Both the position numbers and the translations under genes were made by a program. A stretch of DNA of 64,000 bases from Chloroflexota bacterium. Lineage in GTDB: Bacteria > Chloroflexota > UBA11872 > UBA12225. The notes beneath the pieces are model-generated. The model saw only the letters and a program-made list of their open reading frames with translations, had not been told where the DNA came from and searched no databases. Where the stretch lies: assembly GCA_947446285.1 (NCBI GenBank), contig CANFGH010000005.1, forward strand, positions 835-64,834. Direction: 5' to 3'. This document shows, in pieces, positions 57,504 to 64,000 of this stretch; the first letter of the stretch is position 1, and each line of letters opens with the position of its first letter.

Positions 57504-58706
57504 CTATCGTCGCTTGGGTTTCTCGTGCATGACGTCACGGTATGTCGCCAACGTGCGGGCAACCATCTGGGCGATGGAAAATCGATCTTCGACATCCCTT
57601 TTCCCGGCCAATCCAAGAGCAACCGCGCGTTCACGATCATCGAGAAGCGACAGCACATGACCGGTCAGGGCTTCCACATCTCCGACCGGCGCAAGGAGAC
57701 CGGTCACCCCGTGCCGGACGACATCGCGGTTCCCCGTGACATCTGTTGCCACCACCGGAACCTGCATTGCGAGGGCTTCCACAAGCACATACGGCAAACC
57801 CTCAAAGCGCGATGTCAGCAGAAAGACCGTGGACGCCGAGACAAGCTCACGCGCATCCTCGCGATAGCCCAGGAAATCAATCCGTCCACTCAGGCCAAGC
57901 CTCGTTGCCTCAGCCCTGACCATTTCCTGCTGGTCACCACCCCATACCCACACGAACCTCACATCATCGCGTGCCGCCGCAATCCTCGCCGCCACCTGCA
58001 ACCACGTCCCGGGATCCTTCTGGGGTGTCATCCGCGCCACCGTCATCACGACCGGGGCATGTCCCCATCCCTCACGCGCACGGACATCGTCCCGGTGTTC
58101 CGGTCCCGGCATCACCGAAGGATCGACGCCGTTCGGGATCGCCACCACCCGGTCACGCCCCACCACGCCATGCTCCACCGCAACATCGGCCTCGGTCGGC
58201 GACACGGCAATCATGCGGTCGGTCACCAACCCGAGAAGGCGTTCGATCAATCGAAATACTGTGCGTCTGACCACACCCCCTGCGAGGAACGCGAAACCAT
58301 GGGGCGTGTACACCACCATCGGGCGACGAGAGCGAGGGACAACTTGCGAGGCAACGCGTGCCACCGCCCCACCGATCGATGAGTGCGCGTGGATCACGTC
58401 ATATCGATCACCATGCAGGAGGCCTGCCAAGCGTCGCACGGCCACGATGTTCGCTAGGGACCAGACCCCGCGTTCCATTGGCAGTTCGCTGACCGGAATT
58501 CCCGCACGAGACACGTCATCCCAGAATGAAGTATCTCCATGGGACTCGTCTCGGATACGCGGACAGGCGATGGAGACGTCGCACCCCAGTTGACGCAGAC
58601 CGTAGGCGAGTTCCAGGAGGTGGCGCTTGGTACCCCCGATCGTGGCTTCCATCACCATCAAGACCCGGACCGGGGCCGGGGCCACCGGTTCTGGTTGGCG
58701 GGTCAC
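57504..58706 (-). CDS. GT4-family glycosyltransferase
   Basis: 400-aa ORF. N-terminal GG..RH motif (IGGTKRHLLEL) and a C-terminal E-x7-E-type region (FEGLPYVLVEALAMQVPVV). The GTG start overlaps the stop of the GlcD-like gene (GTGA). Confidence 0.85.
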   Translation of the reverse strand: MTRQPEPVAPAPVRVLMVMEATIGGTKRHLLELAYGLRQLGCDVSIACPRIRDESHGDTSFWDDVSRAGIPVSELPMERGVWSLANIVAVRRLAGLLHGDRYDVIHAHSSIGGAVARVASQVVPRSRRPMVVYTPHGFAFLAGGVVRRTVFRLIERLLGLVTDRMIAVSPTEADVAVEHGVVGRDRVVAIPNGVDPSVMPGPEHRDDVRAREGWGHAPVVMTVARMTPQKDPGTWLQVAARIAAARDDVRFVWVWGGDQQEMVRAEATRLGLSGRIDFLGYREDARELVSASTVFLLTSRFEGLPYVLVEALAMQVPVVATDVTGNRDVVRHGVTGLLAPVGDVEALTGHVLSLLDDRERAVALGLAGKRDVEDRFSIAQMVARTLATYRDVMHEKPKRR

Positions 58707-60202
58707 ATGCCACCAGTGACCAGTGAGGCATCGAGTGCTGGTGTGGGGGGAACGTCCTCGGGGAAGATCGTGGCCGGGTTCATGATCCCGTGCGGGTCGA
58801 GGGCACGCTTGATCTGGCGCATCGTCTCTAGAGCCGCGCCATGTTCCCGTGTCATGTACGGTGCGCGTGCCGCACCGACACCGTGTTCGCCCGTCACTGT
58901 CCCGCCCAGGTCAAGTGCGAGGTGATGGATCGCATCGGTCAGCGCAATGACGCGCCTGACATCATCCGGGTCGCGCCCGTTGACGAGTACCGCTGGATGC
59001 AGGCTTCCACCCCCGATATGCCCGTACGTGGCGACTGGGACGTCGTACTTCACACTCAGCTCCTGGATACCCCGCAATGTCTCCGGAATGCGCGACAACG
59101 GGACACAGATATCCTCACCTGCATACGCCCGCGTGCTACCGGGTCGAAGCGCCCCGACCGCCGCCCCAACGACCGATCGCGCCTCCCAAAGCTTGGCGAT
59201 CCGTGGTTCCTGATCTGACCAATCCACCTCGACTGCCAACGGCCGCACGGTCTCGGCAATCTGCTCCGCATCCCAACGGACACCTGCCGGGTTCCCATCG
59301 ACCTCGAACAGCAGGAGCGCCTCGGCTTCACGCAACCCAAGGTCGGGACGGTAGAGGTTTGCAGCCCGCAAAGACCGGGAGTCGAGGATTTCGATTGCCG
59401 ATGGTGATATGCCAGACCGGTAGACTGCCTGGACCGCCTCGCCCGCCCGTTCGAGAACATCGAAGACCGCAAAGACCATTGCGCGTGCCTTCGGCCGTGG
59501 CAGCAGCTTCAACCTCAGGCGCGTGATGACTCCCAGCGTGCCTTCAGCACCCACGAACAGTTTCGTCAACTCCAAGCCGGCCGCCGACTGCTTTGCGCGA
59601 CTGCCAACCGATCCGGTCTCAATCACGTCACCATTCGGCAAGACAACCGTCAGCCCAAGCACCCACGAACTCGTCGGTCCGTACTTCACCGCGCGGACGC
59701 CGTGGGCGTTCGTGGATGCCATGCCACCGACAGTCGCCATCCGGCTGGATCCTGGATCAGGTGGAAAGATCAGGCCATCCGGCGCGACTAATTCGTTGAG
59801 CCGGGCGTGCACGACACCCGGTTCACAGATCACCTGACCGTTGGGACCGTCAATCTCGATCACCCGGTTCATGGCATTCAGAGCGAGGACAATCCCGCCT
59901 CGGAGCGCAACACACCCGCCGCCACACCCGCTGGCGGCCCCCCGTGGGGTCACCGGGATCCGGTGTTCATTGGCGTAGCGCATCACCGCAATGACATCGG
60001 CCTCCGAACGCGCGATTACCGCGACATCCGGGACAACCGGCTTCAACTGCGTGAGGAACGATGCGTCGTACCCATAGACCTCCAGATCGGTCCCAGCGTC
60101 AAGCACATCCCCCGTAGTCACCAACCGGCGCAAATCGGTCGCAATGGCTACGCGGGTGGCCCGCGACACCCGTGTGACAACATCGGTCCGAAGCATTGTC
60201 AT
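58703..60202 (-). CDS. FAD-binding oxidoreductase (GlcD / D-lactate dehydrogenase-like, FAD_binding_4 + FAD-oxidase_C)
   Basis: 499-aa ORF with the PRGAASG...GG FAD-binding pattern and a C-terminal TGEHGVG motif. ATGA overlap with the upstream Fe-S subunit gene. Confidence 0.85.
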   Translation of the reverse strand: MTMLRTDVVTRVSRATRVAIATDLRRLVTTGDVLDAGTDLEVYGYDASFLTQLKPVVPDVAVIARSEADVIAVMRYANEHRIPVTPRGAASGCGGGCVALRGGIVLALNAMNRVIEIDGPNGQVICEPGVVHARLNELVAPDGLIFPPDPGSSRMATVGGMASTNAHGVRAVKYGPTSSWVLGLTVVLPNGDVIETGSVGSRAKQSAAGLELTKLFVGAEGTLGVITRLRLKLLPRPKARAMVFAVFDVLERAGEAVQAVYRSGISPSAIEILDSRSLRAANLYRPDLGLREAEALLLFEVDGNPAGVRWDAEQIAETVRPLAVEVDWSDQEPRIAKLWEARSVVGAAVGALRPGSTRAYAGEDICVPLSRIPETLRGIQELSVKYDVPVATYGHIGGGSLHPAVLVNGRDPDDVRRVIALTDAIHHLALDLGGTVTGEHGVGAARAPYMTREHGAALETMRQIKRALDPHGIMNPATIFPEDVPPTPALDASLVTGGM

Positions 60203-61650
60203 CGGGCGACAACCGGCGAGGATGCCGCATCAAGAAGTTCCATGATGTGCCGGACTTCGGTTTTCGACCCAGTTGCCCGAAGGCGAGCACGCAGTTGCAA
60301 GTAACACCCAGGGTTTGCCGTGACGACGACCTCGGCGCCAGTCGCGATGATCGACTCTGCCTTTCGGGAACCCAGCTCCCGGGCAGTCTCCGGGTGGGTC
60401 ACGTTGTAGACACCAGCACTGCCGCAGCAAAGTGACCGTTCGGCCATCTCGGTCAGTTCGAGACCAGGAATGCTCCGCAACAGATCGCGCGGCTGCGACG
60501 TGATCTTCTGCGCATGCGAAAGGTGACAGGCGTCCTGATACGTCACCCGCACCGAACCCGCACCGATCGGATGCATCACCGGAAGCGTGCGCGTGGCAAG
60601 AAACTCCGAGGCATCCATCACGCGGGCACTGAACCGCTTTGCGCGAGACGCCCAATCCAGATCATCCGCAAGAAAATGCCCGTATTCCTTGAGCATCGCG
60701 CCGCATCCGGCCGAGTTCACGATCACCGGGCGGTCGCCACCGACCTCGAATGACGCGATCGTTGACCGGGCAAGCGAGACCGCACCGGCCCGATCTCCGC
60801 TATGTGCATGCAAAGCGCCGCAGCATCCCTGTCCGGATGGACACGAGACCGCGCAACCACTTCGTTGGAGAACGCGCACCGTGGCGTGGTCAATCGCAGC
60901 CAATGCCGTCGACATGACGCATCCGGCAAAGAGGTCCACCGTTTCGACCCGATCGCTCCGGTCACCCTCGGGCGGGTAGGTCTGGCCAGAAGAGATCAGG
61001 AAATGTGGGACAAAAGGCGGAAGCAGAGCGTCGGCATCGGACATACCGATCAGGCGCAAGGCACCGGTAGCGCGAAGCACCGTTCGGAGGCCAGACACCT
61101 GATAAATCCAGACCAGCCATACGAGAAATCGAAAGCGAGGCATTGACGGGAATAGCCAATCGAAGACTACGGTTCGCAGCGCGCGCACCCACACCGGACG
61201 ACGCACGGCCGGTTCAACCGCCGCGCGAAACGCTACTTGGATCGGTTCCATGCGCACGCCCGCCGGGCAGACGTCGGTACATGCATCGCACGCTAGGCAG
61301 TTGTCCTCATGGGTGAGCAGTTCATCGGTGAGAGGGATCCGTCCCTCGGTCAAGGCTCGAGCAAGCGCAATCCGGCCTCGCGGGCCTTCGTTTTCGTTGC
61401 CTGTGAGTACGTACGTCGGGCAGGACGTGAGACACAGGCCGCATCGCACGCACGCGAGCATGTTCTCGTATTCCGCCTCGAGTAACGCCTGCGCCCCGGT
61501 CGGGAGCGCGATGCCGACGTCATCATCCCGGACGTCGGACGGTGCTCGGCCCGGAATCGTGTAGCGCGGCACCACGTCGGCTTCGCCGTTACCGGTGCTT
61601 CGGTGGCCCGCAACCAAACTCTCCGCCATGGCATCACCTGTACGCGTCAT
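60199..61650 (-). CDS. (Fe-S)-binding oxidoreductase subunit (GlcF/GlpC-like: 2x[4Fe-4S] + two CCG domains)
   Basis: 483-aa ORF with CVRCGLCLTSCP and CLACDACTDVCP ferredoxin motifs and CCG-type motifs (FAGCV, SAGCGAM, CCGSAG). Confidence 0.8.
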   Translation of the reverse strand: MTRTGDAMAESLVAGHRSTGNGEADVVPRYTIPGRAPSDVRDDDVGIALPTGAQALLEAEYENMLACVRCGLCLTSCPTYVLTGNENEGPRGRIALARALTEGRIPLTDELLTHEDNCLACDACTDVCPAGVRMEPIQVAFRAAVEPAVRRPVWVRALRTVVFDWLFPSMPRFRFLVWLVWIYQVSGLRTVLRATGALRLIGMSDADALLPPFVPHFLISSGQTYPPEGDRSDRVETVDLFAGCVMSTALAAIDHATVRVLQRSGCAVSCPSGQGCCGALHAHSGDRAGAVSLARSTIASFEVGGDRPVIVNSAGCGAMLKEYGHFLADDLDWASRAKRFSARVMDASEFLATRTLPVMHPIGAGSVRVTYQDACHLSHAQKITSQPRDLLRSIPGLELTEMAERSLCCGSAGVYNVTHPETARELGSRKAESIIATGAEVVVTANPGCYLQLRARLRATGSKTEVRHIMELLDAASSPVVAR

Positions 61651-61784
61651 AGATAAACCCGTTGCGACGTCATCCGAAAACGAAACCTCGCCTAATCAAA
61701 GAGTGGCCGATTGCGGACACCCCGGACTTGAGCATACCGGCGAACACTCGCGTCACTCGTGTCACGGTCTCGATACGCACACGC

Positions 61785-63023
61785 CTACCTTGAACGAGTA
61801 GCAATGACTTCCCGGTAGGTCGCGAGTGTCTCAAGCACCATCCTCGGTGCGCCGAACTCACGTTGAACCCGACGATATCCCGCGCTTCCCATCCGGGCCC
61901 GCAAAGCACCGTCGGACACGATGCGATCAAGCGCCGAAGCGAGCCCCTCCACGTCATCCGGCTCCACCAACAAGCCGGTCTCGCCATCCAGAACGACTTC
62001 GGGCACCGCAGACACCCGCGTCGCGACGACCGGCTTGGCAGCCGCCATTGCCTCGGCAAAGACCAGTCCAAACCCTTCCCAACGCGACGCCAACGCAAAG
62101 AGATCACAGGCCGCCATGAGGTCAGGAATGTCTCGACGGACGCCGGCGAAGTGGACGTACCCAAGCAGGTCTGGGTCCGATGCGCGAGCGCGCAGGTCGT
62201 CTACGTACTGAGGATCACCTTGTTGCGGTCCTCCAACAATCACCAAGTGCGGCCTGACCCCGTCACGACTGCCGATTACCCGGGCCATCGCATCTAGAAG
62301 GATCGGCCATCCCTTCTGCGGATCGAGGCGCCCGACGGCGAGGACGAACGGGGCACCATCGGGAAGACCGAGATCGCGACGCACCTCGGCGAGCCGGTTG
62401 GGACTGAGTGCGATTGGCCTCGCCAGATCGATACCGTAATAGATCCGACGGATACGCCCCGCAGGAACCCTTCCCACCGACACGACATAGCGTCCAACGT
62501 GATCCGAACAACAGATCACCGCGTCGTCCGCCCTCGACAAAAACCCATGGACGTGCGAAATCCATCGACGCCTCAACGGTGCCTCATCATTGTGCTTGCT
62601 TGAGATGATTGCGAGGGGCCTCGCCTGCCGACGCCCGACCCGCGACAACCACCCGCACACCGCACCAAACGCATCCGCCTTTAGCAAGTGGGTGTGAAGG
62701 ACGTCCGGCTTGATTGCGGAAATTGCGGCCATCAACCGCCCGACCGTTGCAATTGCCGACTCGGCCGTGGGCTGTGCGCGCCCATCGCTACCGGAAAGTG
62801 GGATCGGGAAACCGACGTGGGGCACGAAGTCCGCAACCATCTCGCCATCTTTGAGATAGGCGAGTTCGACATGATGGCCGAGGGCACGTTGTCCCTTGAT
62901 CAGTTCAAGGAGGTGTGCCTGCGCGCCTCCCCGGGCCAGTGACGTGATGACGTGGAGAATTCGGAGCGGTTGTCTCGCACCTGGGGTGAACCCATCCGCA
63001 CCATCGCCGTCCCTTCCGGTCAC
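61785..63023 (-). CDS. GT4-family glycosyltransferase
   Basis: 412-aa ORF. N-terminal LARGGAQAHLLEL and a C-terminal WEGFGLVFAEAMAAAKPVVAT (E-x7-E region). Confidence 0.85.
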   Translation of the reverse strand: MTGRDGDGADGFTPGARQPLRILHVITSLARGGAQAHLLELIKGQRALGHHVELAYLKDGEMVADFVPHVGFPIPLSGSDGRAQPTAESAIATVGRLMAAISAIKPDVLHTHLLKADAFGAVCGWLSRVGRRQARPLAIISSKHNDEAPLRRRWISHVHGFLSRADDAVICCSDHVGRYVVSVGRVPAGRIRRIYYGIDLARPIALSPNRLAEVRRDLGLPDGAPFVLAVGRLDPQKGWPILLDAMARVIGSRDGVRPHLVIVGGPQQGDPQYVDDLRARASDPDLLGYVHFAGVRRDIPDLMAACDLFALASRWEGFGLVFAEAMAAAKPVVATRVSAVPEVVLDGETGLLVEPDDVEGLASALDRIVSDGALRARMGSAGYRRVQREFGAPRMVLETLATYREVIATRSR

Positions 63024-63029
63024 GTCTCC

Positions 63030-63908
63030 CTACCTTGGCGCGCCAAGGGCGTCGGCAACGACCGAGACGACGCCATCACGGAACGGAACAAACTGCCTGT
63101 TCCCGAAGAGTTCTCGTAGGCGTGTGGTGTCTCCGACGGTATCACCGCCAGCCAAACCCGGCACGTCCTCAAAGACTGGCACCCGACCGGCAACCTCGCC
63201 AACGATCGTCGCCATTTCACGGATTGACAGGACCTCCTCTCCGGCGAGGTTCACCGTGTGGTTGCCGCCCAGTTCAAGCGACGCGATGAAAACCTTGACC
63301 ACATCACTGATCCAGACCGGGTTGATCCGCGGGCGCCCACCTTCTCGGAGCGATACGGCATCCCCCCGCAGGACGCGCCCCACCAGTCAAGGAACAAGAC
63401 GTGCCCGCTGGCCCACACCGTACGGACCGAAAAGTCGGAGGGTGACCGTGGACATGTGGGCAGTGAACGCGCCAACAATCCGTTCCGCAGCCACCTTGGT
63501 CGCCGCGTACGCACCCCCACCAACGACCGGGTCGTCCTCATGCCACGGGCGTTCCCCTGGCCCGTACACGGATCCGGTCGACGCGAACACGAACGACGTC
63601 GCGCCTGCGTGACGCGCCCAATCAAGCAGGCGGGCGGTGCTTCCCGCGTTGACCTCCCAGAGATCTGCAAACGCGTCAGGAAAGCCAACATTCGCTTGGG
63701 CAAGGTGGATCACGGCATCGATCCGCGTCGGCAAATGCCCGGCCAGGTTGCGATCACGAAGATCGACGACGCAGCGCGACGCCACTGGATATTTGGCAAG
63801 GCGGCGGTCATCATGCCCACACGCAACCACATCGTGGCCGTAGGTGAGCAACGCCGGGATCAGGTGGGATGCAACGAAACCAGTCGCGCCGGTGACGAGA
63901 ACCTTCAT
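63030..63908 (-). pseudogene. NAD-dependent epimerase/dehydratase (extended SDR) interrupted by one in-frame TGA at 63387..63389
   Basis: Track ORFs 63387..63908 and 63030..63383 are in the same frame. The read-through sequence is ...GQRARLVP-TGA-LVGRVLRGDAVSL.... The N part has VTGATGFVA and YAATK; the C part has the substrate-binding half. Combined length about 293 aa. Confidence 0.7.
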
Positions 63909-63963
63909 TGCGGACCCTTCCCATTCGTCCGAACCCTACGGAGTTGCCAACTTATGAACCCGC

Positions 63964-63987
63964 GTTGCCGAAATACTGTTCGGCAAC
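63964..63987. other. perfect 9-bp stem hairpin upstream of the epimerase gene
   Basis: GTTGCCGAA-atactg-TTCGGCAAC. May terminate a gene lying beyond the right window edge or act as an operator. Function unknown. Confidence 0.3.
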
Positions 63988-64000
63988 GACCCGTCGCAGC

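Noticed and set aside
63384-63392. Selenocysteine or alternative genetic code as the explanation for the in-frame TGA in the epimerase.
   Set aside because: TGA is used as a normal stop by many genes in this window (for example the GlcD-like, GlcF-like, P-loop kinase and rnpA genes). SDR epimerases are not known selenoproteins. I see no obvious SECIS-like stem-loop immediately downstream. A nonsense mutation or sequencing error is more parsimonious.

Overview
The window is a GC-rich bacterial chromosomal segment, roughly 60-65% GC by eye (not computed). It is densely packed with about 60 protein genes and one tRNA, with many 4-nt start/stop overlaps.

Content is overwhelmingly core housekeeping:
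- DNA and RNA functions: recG, rsmD, a yloV-like gene, rpmB, rpe, rlmN, gyrB, mpg, a Ski2/HelY-like helicase and tRNA-Val(CAC).
- Metabolism: pyrF, purH, ilvD, plsX, a dapA-family gene, an FGGY kinase and a PfkB kinase.
- The classical rpmH-rnpA-yidD-yidC-jag block.
- Regulation: relA/spoT next to obg, and a phoU-phoR / phoB unit.
- At the right end, a minus-strand glycan-biosynthesis cluster: priming sugar transferase, two GT4 glycosyltransferases, a GlcD/GlcF-like oxidoreductase pair and an SDR epimerase.

The gene repertoire (YloV, DegV, YaaR/DUF327, DUF951, Jag, YvcK) combined with high GC suggests a Chloroflexota/Thermomicrobia-like or similar lineage. This is inference only.

I found no rRNA, CRISPR array, transposase, integrase, phage module, reverse transcriptase or recognisable defence or toxin-antitoxin system. 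I also found no convincing self-contained novel system.

The observations most worth a second look are:
1. An in-frame TGA that splits an otherwise intact epimerase gene.
2. A GlcD/GlcF-type FAD/Fe-S oxidoreductase pair translationally coupled to a glycosyltransferase inside the glycan cluster.
3. Tandem YvcK/CofD-family paralogues, the second membrane-anchored with a degenerate glycine loop.
4. An IscA-like carrier translationally coupled to a permease-less ABC ATPase.
5. A DUF711 gene with an in-frame 18-nt tandem duplication, paired with a DHDPS-family gene.
6. Several small unknown-function pairs.

Many long ORFs in the track are antisense or alternate-frame artefacts of high GC and were rejected. 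All calls come from reading the translations. No database search was run.
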